Origin: a virus
Lineage: Duplodnaviria > Caudoviricetes
DNA length: 27,028 bases
Reading direction: 5' to 3' (one strand)
Virus record (IMG/VR): IMGVR_UViG_3300020043_002559
Location: 1-27,028 of that record
A model generated the notes under the pieces. That model saw nothing but the letters and a program-made list of their open reading frames with translations, was not told where the DNA came from and did not search any database. The position numbers were made by a program, and so were the translations under genes. Shown here piece after piece: positions 1 to 6,628 of this stretch; positions within the stretch are counted from its first letter, which is position 1; each line of letters opens with the position of its first letter.

Positions 1-831
1 GCTTTGGGCAATCTTGGCTGATGCTGCCCCCATGGATTTGAAGGAACCTTCGGACATCTCTCCGGTCTTGATGTCCTGCATTGGGACCGATCCCACGGTA
101 GCAACCATCCGTCGGACGATGGATTCGTCAGACATTTCCAGCGACACAAAGAGCGTCGGAGTCTTGGCTCGTACTGTTGCAGCGTCAGCGATGGCAATTG
201 CCATGGCTGTTTTCCCGATGGATGGACGAGCGGCCAGAATGGCAAGCTCACCGAGCTGGAATCCGTCGGTCATCTTGTCTAGCCAATGGAAGCCGGAAGT
301 CACTCCGCTGAGTTGTCCGCGACGGTTGAAACGCTCTTGGGTCGAGTCGATGAATCGGTTGACGACGGTCTTTGAGCTTTGGATGTCATCTTTGGAGACC
401 TCAACGCTGAGTCCTGCTTCGGCATTGGAGACGATTTGATCGACGGATAGGGTCAGGACAGCAGACTCGCGTATCAAACGGTCTCCTGCGGCTCGTAGCT
501 GTCGGCGGTGGAATGCTTCCAAGACGTTCTTGGCGAACATCGGATAGCTTGCTGGAGATGGGCAAAGCTCGTCGCAGCGATTCCAGACCTCAAACGGGAC
601 GGGATCTGATGGTCGGGTTCGCTTCCATTCCTTCATCATTTCCGGCATGGATACCGGCTTTGATTGGGCAACCAGACCTTTGAGCAGCTCAAAGGTGTCT
701 TGGAGCTGGTCGTTCTGGAGCGCATGGGTTGGCACTTCAGCGAAGGCATCGAAGCAAACATCGGCGCCACCGGAGATGCACGATCCAACCAGTCCAAACT
801 CGTCCTCTTCGGAATAAAAGACGTCGCTCAT
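1..831 (-). CDS. dnaB: Replicative DNA helicase, DnaB-like (C-terminus runs off the window)
   Basis: Not in the ORF track; translated by hand from ATG 831, which overlaps the initiator stop (ATGA). Reads MSDVFYSEEDEFGLVGSC...GVTSGFHWLDKMTDGFQLGELAILAARPSIGKT (Walker A)...LFVSLEMSDESIVRR. Frame is open to base 1. Confidence 0.95.
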   Translation of the reverse strand, partial: MSDVFYSEEDEFGLVGSCISGGADVCFDAFAEVPTHALQNDQLQDTFELLKGLVAQSKPVSMPEMMKEWKRTRPSDPVPFEVWNRCDELCPSPASYPMFAKNVLEAFHRRQLRAAGDRLIRESAVLTLSVDQIVSNAEAGLSVEVSKDDIQSSKTVVNRFIDSTQERFNRRGQLSGVTSGFHWLDKMTDGFQLGELAILAARPSIGKTAMAIAIADAATVRAKTPTLFVSLEMSDESIVRRMVATVGSVPMQDIKTGEMSEGSFKSMGAASAKIAQS

Positions 832-1559
832 AGGTAATTGGCGATATTCTGATCCAGAGCCTGTCTGCTCTGCGACTGGATTGGCAGAGCTTGCTGGCGT
901 TCGTTATGCCGATCTTTCCATCCAGCAAGAGAGGCTTTCCAAGACTTCATTTTAGACCTGCCGACAATCCAGCCTTTCGACTCGTAGTAATTGACGAACT
1001 TGGAAGCTTCGGATGTTGGCAGTCCGATTTCTAAACATCGGTCTTCAACCTCTTTGATCGTTGGGGGCGCGAAGCGCGAGCGTTGCGGCTCTGACGCAAT
1101 GCTCTCTTCTTTATTAGGAGATGGAGATGGAGATGGAGAGTTGACTTCCGGTTGCAACCGAATTTCAACCGTGGTTGAACCGCTGTTGGATTCCGGTTGG
1201 TACTCCGGTTGAACCGTGGTTGATTTGAGCTTTCTTGATTCTGCTGATTTTCGGCCTTTTTCGGCCTGTTGTTGCAGAAAACGGTCACGCTCGCTTCTTA
1301 CAGACTCAAGTCGCTCATTGCGAAGCTGGCCATCTTCGCATAAACGGAACTTAGCCAGTACGTCAACCGAGACGCAACCGCCGGTCAACCGCTGTTGCTT
1401 TTCGGTTTCAACCGGAATTGAACCGCGGTTCCATTGGTGGCAGAGCAATCGGATGAATTGACCAACCTCCTCTTGGGACATTTCCAGCGTTCCAGCCAGA
1501 AAATCATCTGCGTAGAACATAAAGGCTGGAGCCTTTCGGGATCTTTTTTCGTCGTTCAT
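828..1559 (-). CDS. Phage replication initiator, DUF1376/YdaU family (lambda O-like role)
   Basis: N-terminal PAFMFYADDFLAGT..MS.EEVG.FIRLLCHQW motif, a low-complexity middle, and C-terminal FAPPT..EV...FVNYYESKGW.VG..KMKSWKA. Lies immediately upstream of dnaB. Confidence 0.85.
   Translation of the reverse strand: MNDEKRSRKAPAFMFYADDFLAGTLEMSQEEVGQFIRLLCHQWNRGSIPVETEKQQRLTGGCVSVDVLAKFRLCEDGQLRNERLESVRSERDRFLQQQAEKGRKSAESRKLKSTTVQPEYQPESNSGSTTVEIRLQPEVNSPSPSPSPNKEESIASEPQRSRFAPPTIKEVEDRCLEIGLPTSEASKFVNYYESKGWIVGRSKMKSWKASLAGWKDRHNERQQALPIQSQSRQALDQNIANYL
1141..1225. repeat. Degenerate ~11-12 bp tandem repeats (candidate origin iterons) inside the initiator gene
   Basis: TTGACTTCCGG TTGCAACCGAA TTTCAACCGTGG TTGAACCGCTG TTGGATTCCGG TTGGTACTCCGG TTGAACCGTGG TTGA. 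Same position as the lambda ori inside gene O. Confidence 0.65.
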
Positions 1560-1653
1560 GTATCAAACAGAAACCCCACTCAGTCCGTGGTGAGAACTGC
1601 CGCAGAACCGACGGCACGTACACGGAAAGAGTGGGGGTAAATTGGTTGAACAT
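1504..1653 (-). CDS. Putative 49-aa leader ORF crossing the structured RNA and overlapping the initiator start
   Basis: ATG 1653 follows an AC-rich leader (ACCAACCATACCAGAACCC). Reads MFNQFTPTLSVYVPSVLRQFSPRTEWGFCLIHERRKKIPKGSSLYVLRR, stop at 1504-1506. No recognised homology. Confidence 0.35.
   Translation of the reverse strand: MFNQFTPTLSVYVPSVLRQFSPRTEWGFCLIHERRKKIPKGSSLYVLRR
1574..1636 (-). ncRNA. C4/CI-like antisense RNA core
   Basis: Stems CCCCACUC/GAGUGGGG and UCCGUG/CACGGA, inner hairpin UGCCGU-CGGUUCU-GCGGCA, and single-stranded UUCUCAC. The loop and the bulge are complementary to two boxes upstream. Followed by UUUCUGUUU. Confidence 0.65.
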
Positions 1654-1654
1654 G

Positions 1655-1702
1655 GGTTCTGGTATGGTTGGTCAACGCTCGCTTCTCACGGCTTGCGCTG
1701 AC
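1655..1702 (-). promoter_or_regulatory. a1/b1-like antisense target region
   Basis: Hairpin GUCAGCGC...GCGUUGAC (1702-1671) exposes GUGAGAA (1689-1683) in its loop. CAGAACC (1661-1655) sits just before ATG 1653. Confidence 0.6.
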
Positions 1703-1708
1703 TGCCTG

Positions 1709-1737
1709 TTCTTAGCTCGGCGGCGGTGTCGGATCAA
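1709..1737 (-). promoter_or_regulatory. Putative sigma70-type promoter for the RNA leader and replication operon
   Basis: TTGATC-N17-TAAGAA. The predicted +1 falls at the 5' foot of the target hairpin (~1702). Confidence 0.45.
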
Positions 1738-1894
1738 GCGCGAACTTCGCGTCGAACTCGGCCTTTGGTCTGACGTACAGGTACTGGTCCTTCCGGTAGA
1801 TCACGCACAGCCGTTTGATCTCCGCGATTCGGAGTTGGGCTTCTGCGACTAACTCGACGACGATTGATGGATTGGCTTTGGATCGGAACTTCAT
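1712..1894 (-). CDS. Small hypothetical protein, DUF1653-like
   Basis: MKFRSKANPSIVVELVAEA...CVIYRKDQYLYVRPKAEFDAKF. The VIY...YVRP..EF..KF pattern fits DUF1653. ATGA overlap with the upstream gene. Confidence 0.6.
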   Translation of the reverse strand: MKFRSKANPSIVVELVAEAQLRIAEIKRLCVIYRKDQYLYVRPKAEFDAKFALDPTPPPS

Positions 1895-2148
1895 TTGGTC
1901 TTCCGGATCTTGTGTTTCCGGACATTCCAAATCCAACAAATTGAGACTCCGTACTTCTCGGCAAGCTCCTTATCCGACCACCAATGGGTCTCTTTGCGGA
2001 CCTTTTGGACGGTAGCCCACGGGATATGATGTCCCTTCGGTCTGCCGATCTTCTTTGGATTGAGTGTACGGACCTGCGGTGTTGGCTTGAGTCCGAGTAG
2101 TCGCTGGATGGACTCCTTTGTGATTCCGATTCGTTGTAATATGCTCAT
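1891..2148 (-). CDS. Small helix-turn-helix DNA-binding protein
   Basis: C-terminal SDKELAEKYGVSICWIWNVR HTH pattern and a KIGRPKG basic motif. Confidence 0.65.
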   Translation of the reverse strand: MSILQRIGITKESIQRLLGLKPTPQVRTLNPKKIGRPKGHHIPWATVQKVRKETHWWSDKELAEKYGVSICWIWNVRKHKIRKTK

Positions 2149-2329
2149 GCAATAGCTCTGGATGGAATGTTACTATGTGGAAATCAAGAACGTGTCTGAG
2201 ATATGCTCCCCAAGATTTGAAACCGAGTTTGCTTGCTTGTTGTTGTAGTGCTGTCAGTAGTGTGTAATCTAGCTCAAAGGACGTATTGACATTTCGTCTG
2301 TCACTATCCAGTCGAAGTTGTTCTGCCAT
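1970..2329 (-). CDS. Possible ribbon-helix-helix protein (C-terminal half overlaps the next gene)
   Basis: NVNTSFELDYTLLTALQQQASKLGFKSWGAYLRHVL fits the beta-alpha-alpha RHH layout and fills the 2148-2269 gap. The tail overlapping the next gene looks like non-coding read-through. Confidence 0.5.
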   Translation of the reverse strand: MAEQLRLDSDRRNVNTSFELDYTLLTALQQQASKLGFKSWGAYLRHVLDFHIVTFHPELLHEHITTNRNHKGVHPATTRTQANTAGPYTQSKEDRQTEGTSYPVGYRPKGPQRDPLVVG

Positions 2330-2481
2330 GAATCATTCAGTTGGTTGTATGTATTGTCTTTGATCTTCCAAGTGGAAGGGTCTCGTTTGGATTTTGTATG
2401 TCGGCAAACGATGGTCGCTCCGATGCTTCGGATAGGTGCATTCCGGAGGTGATGATCCGGAGGTAGATCGTGCAGTTTCAT
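2269..2481 (-). CDS. Hypothetical protein
   Basis: 70-aa ORF with an ATGA overlap to the upstream gene. Confidence 0.6.
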   Translation of the reverse strand: MKLHDLPPDHHLRNAPIRSIGATIVCRHTKSKRDPSTWKIKDNTYNQLNDSWQNNFDWIVTDEMSIRPLS

Positions 2482-2729
2482 TTGGTTATCTCTTTGATCT
2501 GCTTGTTCCGCTCTCGTGGAGAGTTATTTAGCAAGCATTGAATCCACCGGAATGAGTCGAGCGTTGCGAGGTGTTCCCAGTCTGGATTGTTTTCGTAGAC
2601 TTTCGCATGCAGCAATCCAACGACTCGGGTCTTATCAACAGCTTTTAGTTTTTTGTCTTTGCTGCGGTAGACGAACGCGACTCGGTTGAACTGCTCGTCG
2701 CTCATGGATGGTAGTTGTTCGCGGCTCAC
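2478..2729 (-). CDS. Hypothetical protein
   Basis: Likely GTG start at 2729 (GTGA overlap, GGAGGAGG upstream), or ATG at MSDEQF. The 2852 start in the ORF track overlaps another gene. Confidence 0.6.
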   Translation of the reverse strand: MSREQLPSMSDEQFNRVAFVYRSKDKKLKAVDKTRVVGLLHAKVYENNPDWEHLATLDSFRWIQCLLNNSPRERNKQIKEITK

Positions 2730-2905
2730 AGCTCCTCCTCCTCCTGCCATTGGTCCAGAGCCTCCGGCCGTGTGGTTGCCAGCCCCAGCCGGATCAGGTG
2801 CCGGATGCGGTCGTCGAGCTTTCCGATCTTCTGCCGGAGGTATTCGTTGCACGCTTTGAGTTCCATCACCTCTTGCTCCAGCTTTGAGATGTTTTTCTCG
2901 CTCAC
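2726..2905 (-). CDS. Small coiled-coil hypothetical protein
   Basis: GTG 2905 overlaps the upstream stop. Heptad-like ISKLEQEVMELKACNEYLRQKIGKLDDRIRHL. Confidence 0.6.
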   Translation of the reverse strand: MSEKNISKLEQEVMELKACNEYLRQKIGKLDDRIRHLIRLGLATTRPEALDQWQEEEEL

Positions 2906-3045
2906 GGCTTGGCCTCCTTCTGCTTCTCCAGCCACTCGCGGATGATGCGATCTGCTAAATGCTGCGTCTTGATGCCTTCGTTCTTGCAGTAGTCTTTGAA
3001 CCGTTTGTGGGTGTCTGGTGTTACGAGTAGCGCTTTGGGTTTCAT
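2902..3045 (-). CDS. Ribbon-helix-helix DNA-binding protein (47 aa)
   Basis: MKPKALLVTPDTHKRFKDYCKNEGIKTQHLADRIIREWL is a typical Arc/CopG/Omega-like pattern. ATGA overlap with the lysozyme stop. Confidence 0.7.
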   Translation of the reverse strand: MKPKALLVTPDTHKRFKDYCKNEGIKTQHLADRIIREWLEKQKEAKP

Positions 3046-3371
3046 TTGAGATGCTTTTTGACTTTGTTCCAGTAAGGGATGGTCGCTGACTTCTTGTCTC
3101 CGGTTGGGCCACCGTTCCATTTGCGAGCCAGTTGCTCGGTCGTGCAGCCTTTGCCGTAGTGCGTCAGATAGACTTCGCAAACCTTACGAGCGACGGCTCG
3201 GTTGGTCATCTGCTGGTGAGTCCAATTGGTCTTGGCGATGCGGTTGGCGTCGATCACAACGCTCTTGTGGATCTGGAGCGGTCCAATGGCTCGCCCACCG
3301 TCTCCAATCGCCATGTCGTTGCCGCTGCTCTCAACGATGATGAGAGCCGCAATGAGTGGTTCCAGATTCAT
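3042..3371 (-). CDS. Lysozyme-like muramidase (SLT / i-type destabilase-like)
   Basis: LIIVESSG (catalytic Glu), AIGDGGRAIGPLQIH and ARKWNGGPTG...T.PYW.KV motifs. Confidence 0.8.
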   Translation of the reverse strand: MNLEPLIAALIIVESSGNDMAIGDGGRAIGPLQIHKSVVIDANRIAKTNWTHQQMTNRAVARKVCEVYLTHYGKGCTTEQLARKWNGGPTGDKKSATIPYWNKVKKHLK

Positions 3372-3562
3372 CGGAGACCTTTCAGCCAGACGGCGGCTTT
3401 GGCTTGGTAGAGTTCTTCGGCGCTCAGGAGCCTTCCGGTGCTGTCAGCAATGCCGACAAGCTCCCGAGTGTGCAGCCAGACTTCCCGCGCTCGTAGAGCC
3501 TCCGAGACGCTGCTGTGGATGCTCAGGGTTCGATTCTCTCGGTCTTTGCAATGGTATTTCAT
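3368..3562 (-). CDS. Hypothetical early protein
   Basis: 64 aa. Conserved leader CTCAAACCATCAACACCC-ATG; stop overlaps the lysozyme start. Confidence 0.65.
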   Translation of the reverse strand: MKYHCKDRENRTLSIHSSVSEALRAREVWLHTRELVGIADSTGRLLSAEELYQAKAAVWLKGLR

Positions 3563-3612
3563 GGGTGTTGATGGTTTGAGCGTTTGGCGTATGCGCTCCC
3601 CACGTTGGTGAT

Positions 3613-3816
3613 TCAGTTGGCTAGAAGCTTGCGGTCTTCTTGACGAAGTTCTCGTTGCCTCACTTTGTGAAGTTGTCCCGAGTTCAAGTGCAAAAACTCC
3701 ACAGCAACGATGCGATCCCCAACGTCAATGAATTGGATCTTGTAGATTCGCAGTCCCGACAAGAATCGTGCTGGATGCGTCAACTCAACGGTCTTGATAA
3801 GCTTTGGAAAAGTCAT
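3613..3816 (-). CDS. Hypothetical early protein
   Basis: 67 aa. Conserved leader CTCTAACCATCAAATACC-ATG. Confidence 0.65.
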   Translation of the reverse strand: MTFPKLIKTVELTHPARFLSGLRIYKIQFIDVGDRIVAVEFLHLNSGQLHKVRQRELRQEDRKLLAN

Positions 3817-3874
3817 GGTATTTGATGGTTAGAGGTAAAGTAGCGCGTTGGAGAGTCGCGCCCCTCTTTTCAAA

Positions 3875-4138
3875 TCAGACGTAGTTATTTCGGATGCAGT
3901 ACTGGACCAGCTCCATGCGGCTGCCTTCGATTGTCTTTCCGGTGAACCGTCCGCTCCGGTCGATCTGGTTGATGTAGCTGACCGTCTTGCCGTTCCTCTG
4001 GATCTCTCCGATCAGCGTTTCCGCTGCCGCTTCCTTCTTCTCAATCCGATTGATGTAGCGGTCTTCGGCTGCAATCCGGCGGCTCATCTTACCGGCAAGC
4101 ATCTTTTCCATTTCGCAGCTTTCTTGGATCATCTTCAT
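3875..4138 (-). CDS. Hypothetical early protein
   Basis: 87 aa. First ORF after the promoter at 4214, with an A-rich leader. Confidence 0.65.
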   Translation of the reverse strand: MKMIQESCEMEKMLAGKMSRRIAAEDRYINRIEKKEAAAETLIGEIQRNGKTVSYINQIDRSGRFTGKTIEGSRMELVQYCIRNNYV

Positions 4139-4184
4139 CGTATTCTTTCGGTTTCTTCGTCGGCTTGATTGCCGTCGATGGAGA

Positions 4185-4214
4185 TAGCTAAACCCAACGT
4201 TCGGTTTCCGTCAA
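4185..4214 (-). promoter_or_regulatory. Promoter with palindromic operator in the spacer (copy 2)
   Basis: TTGACG-G-AAACCGAACGTTGGGTTT-AGCTA, with an A-tract UP-like region upstream. The -10 element is imperfect. Confidence 0.65.
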
Positions 4215-4275
4215 CAGGAAATCGCTTTTTTCTCCAGAAATCTTTTTGAGGCTCCAAAACATGCGGAAATCCTAA

Positions 4276-4348
4276 GGAAATGCGGTGTTTCGATGAGGCA
4301 ACCACTTAGCCTGTCGCAGGATCTCCCTGCGCACCATGCCGCATTTCC
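4276..4348 (-). ncRNA. Three-way-junction structured RNA (C4-like shape) after rusA
   Basis: Perfect 10-bp outer stem GGAAAUGCGG/CCGCAUUUCC enclosing hairpins CGCAGG-GAGAU-CCUGCG and AGGC-UAAGUGGUU-GCCU. Confidence 0.5.
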
Positions 4349-4355
4349 AAAGGTT

Positions 4356-4775
4356 TCAGAACTCAATCCGCACCGCGCATCCGGAGAACTGGAGCGCGTA
4401 GGTTTTGGTTGCTGTGATCTCGTAGATTTGCGAGTCGTCAAGCCAGACTCGCTGAGTGTCGGTGATCGCGTCGGTCACCGCTTTGATGAGGTTGTCCAAG
4501 TCCGGCTTCTTTGGGTGCCAAACCGGCGCTTTCGGCTTCGGGATGCCGTGCTTGTCCAGATGCGCTTTTGGCCGTCTCAGGAAGAAGTCTAGCCTCAACC
4601 TGATCGGAGCCGTTGTGGGGCATTCTGGAGCGTTTGTGGAGGCTTCCTGACGCACCAGATACTTCCAACCTTCGGCGGTCTCTGGCGTGTAGACTCCCGC
4701 ATGAGATCCACGCCGGAAGGCTTTGACTCGCGGTTGAGCTTTTGGCTCTCCGCGAACGTGGAACTCAATCTGCAT
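4356..4775 (-). CDS. rusA: RusA-family Holliday junction resolvase
   Basis: V.GEPKAQPR N-terminus and KPDLDNLIKAVTDAI...WLDDSQI catalytic motifs. Confidence 0.92.
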   Translation of the reverse strand: MQIEFHVRGEPKAQPRVKAFRRGSHAGVYTPETAEGWKYLVRQEASTNAPECPTTAPIRLRLDFFLRRPKAHLDKHGIPKPKAPVWHPKKPDLDNLIKAVTDAITDTQRVWLDDSQIYEITATKTYALQFSGCAVRIEF

Positions 4776-5091
4776 GAGATGGAGTGATCTCCTGCAACCT
4801 GCCGGTGATGCGAACGTTTGCGTACCACCAGCCGGTCGATGATTTGTCCGTCACCGCATCGGTCTCTCCATCGACCATGATCCAAGTGCCTTTTCGCAAC
4901 TGGTCGACGACCGCAATGTCGTCTTGATCGAATGACCGGAAGACGACCCGTTGCGCGTATGTCTTGCCTGTGTGGAGCGTCCGCTTGTCGTTCTCGATGG
5001 TCGCAAGCAGGAACCGCTTGCCGTCATCGGTCGTGTGGACTTCGGCATCGCACCAGAGTCGCCCGAAGGCTCTTGCCCAAACGTATCTCAT
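4765..5091 (-). CDS. Divergent single-stranded DNA-binding protein (OB fold)
   Basis: GRL..DAE..T..GK...QLRKG..I.VDG pattern, in a recombination module. No acidic C-terminal tail. Confidence 0.65.
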   Translation of the reverse strand: MRYVWARAFGRLWCDAEVHTTDDGKRFLLATIENDKRTLHTGKTYAQRVVFRSFDQDDIAVVDQLRKGTWIMVDGETDAVTDKSSTGWWYANVRITGRLQEITPSHAD

Positions 5092-5522
5092 CGCGTGTAG
5101 CCCTCCAGCCGAGCCGGTGAATAGCTCGGAGATTTCACGATCTTGCCGTCGTTTCTGCGGACAATGTGGCGGTTGTCTGCGACTCGGTGGGATCGACAGT
5201 CAGCCGGAATCCCGTCGATCTCGTCGTCACTCCAGCACTTGCTCATGTTGCTTCGGTGGATCTCGACAACGGCAGCGTCGATCTGGTGCGGACTGAATCC
5301 AGCAGCCAGAGCCGCTCCGTAGACGACGTACAGCAAGTCACCAATCGCGTCGATGTACTCGACCGCATTGGTTGCGGCTGCAAGCTCCTGAGCCTCTTCG
5401 TCGATGAGCCGATACCGCAAATTCTGCGTGAGCGAATCCGGCAACGCAGGTCGATCCGGAATGAATTGCTGGAAGGTCAGCATGAACTCGCGGACGAGTT
5501 CCATTGGGTGAGTTTGGTTCAT
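5088..5522 (-). CDS. MazG-like NTP pyrophosphohydrolase (DR2231/PRA-PH-like)
   Basis: LRYRLIDEEAQEL...DAIGDLLYVVYG...EIHRSNMSK...RNDGKIVKSPSY. Confidence 0.9.
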   Translation of the reverse strand: MNQTHPMELVREFMLTFQQFIPDRPALPDSLTQNLRYRLIDEEAQELAAATNAVEYIDAIGDLLYVVYGAALAAGFSPHQIDAAVVEIHRSNMSKCWSDDEIDGIPADCRSHRVADNRHIVRRNDGKIVKSPSYSPARLEGYTR

Positions 5523-6628
5523 TTGATGCGCGTGAGTGTGGGTTGAGACGGCTTGGACTCGGTGCAGCCAGCCAGCAAAGCCGCCAGCTTGTCCTCCAGC
5601 TCTTTGCCTTTGGCTCCGGTCGATGCTTTCAGCGCGTCCTTCAGCTTGGCCTTCGCAAGCGTCACGGCTGGCATGATCTGCTCGTATGTCCCGCCACCTT
5701 CGATGAACCGGAAGTACACCGTCTCCGTGTCTCTGATCGACTCGCGCACCGCACCGTCTTTCAACGTCCAGCCTTCGATGGCTTCGCCTTCGGCAATGCG
5801 TCGTCGAGCTTCAGCGCGGCAAGCGTCGATGACTGCTTCGGCCTGTGATGCTCGGTTGAGAAACGCTGCGAGCGTGTCGTTGGTTAGCGTTGCGGCAATC
5901 GCGTCGGGAGTGATCCCGACAGGTAGATTGGTCAACGGTGGCGCCACAGCAGCCTCCCGAGCTTCCGCACAGAACGGCTTGCCTTTGCAGTACCGACAGG
6001 CGGATTCGGAAGGTGTTCTCGGTTGACCGAGCTTCTGGATGGTCTCCATGAGGTTTGATGCCTCATAAATCGCGTTTCGGATGTCCGGCGATTCGTAAAT
6101 TGAGACGCTCGGCGGTCCTGCCAGAGGCTGAATGATCGCAACCGCAATCCGGTCCATGACGAATGCAAAGGACTCGTCCAGCAGCGCAACGAGACAGCGC
6201 AACTGTAGGTTCTCGGCAGCATTCTCAACAGCACCACGGCCACTCTTGTAGTCGATAATCAACGCGCAATAGTGGTTGCCGTCGTCCCAGATGTAGATGA
6301 CATCCGGCTTGCCGCTCCACAGCTTGTTGCCGTTTTCGTCCATCGACCAGAGGCGCTTCTCACGGTAGCAGTTTGGCGTCTTGTCTCCGAAGAACTGACG
6401 GACAACTTCGGCCTCCTGCTCGCGGCAGCGGTCAATGATCCATGTCTCATCGGTTGTCAGATCGGTGACCGGCTCAAGCGCGAGTGCCGCGTGGATGCGG
6501 TTGCCGGTTTGAGCATCGGCACTCGTCTCCTGCTCGACGACCTGCCGCTCCAGTTGATAGCTCCCGAGACAGGCTGCGTAACGGCTCGCAGCAGATGCGG
6601 ACGGGAGACCATTGCGTTCATCACTCAC
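5519..6628 (-). CDS. DUF2800-like PD-(D/E)xK exonuclease
   Basis: PSASAASRYAAC.GS, GNRIH, SGKPD...IIDYKSG and C-terminal CRYC....FC. Likely GTG start at 6628 with AGGAGGT upstream. Adjacent to bet. Confidence 0.85.
   Translation of the reverse strand: MSDERNGLPSASAASRYAACLGSYQLERQVVEQETSADAQTGNRIHAALALEPVTDLTTDETWIIDRCREQEAEVVRQFFGDKTPNCYREKRLWSMDENGNKLWSGKPDVIYIWDDGNHYCALIIDYKSGRGAVENAAENLQLRCLVALLDESFAFVMDRIAVAIIQPLAGPPSVSIYESPDIRNAIYEASNLMETIQKLGQPRTPSESACRYCKGKPFCAEAREAAVAPPLTNLPVGITPDAIAATLTNDTLAAFLNRASQAEAVIDACRAEARRRIAEGEAIEGWTLKDGAVRESIRDTETVYFRFIEGGGTYEQIMPAVTLAKAKLKDALKASTGAKGKELEDKLAALLAGCTESKPSQPTLTRIK

Noticed and set aside
1117-1140. GGAGAT x3-4 microsatellite
   Set aside because: Encodes the SPSPSPSP linker common in phage initiators. 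The unit is a multiple of 3, so it gives no phase variation.
4290-4320. Hammerhead-like GATGAG followed by a hairpin on the plus strand
   Set aside because: The core is UCGAUGA rather than CUGAUGA, and no GAAA follows the stem.
4276-4348. tRNA-sized cloverleaf
   Set aside because: Only two internal arms, and no TTCGA T-arm in the correct position or D-loop consensus.
5519-6628. Cas4-like nuclease suggesting a CRISPR system
   Set aside because: It is the usual DUF2800-type exonuclease partner of Bet. No repeat-spacer array or other cas gene was seen.
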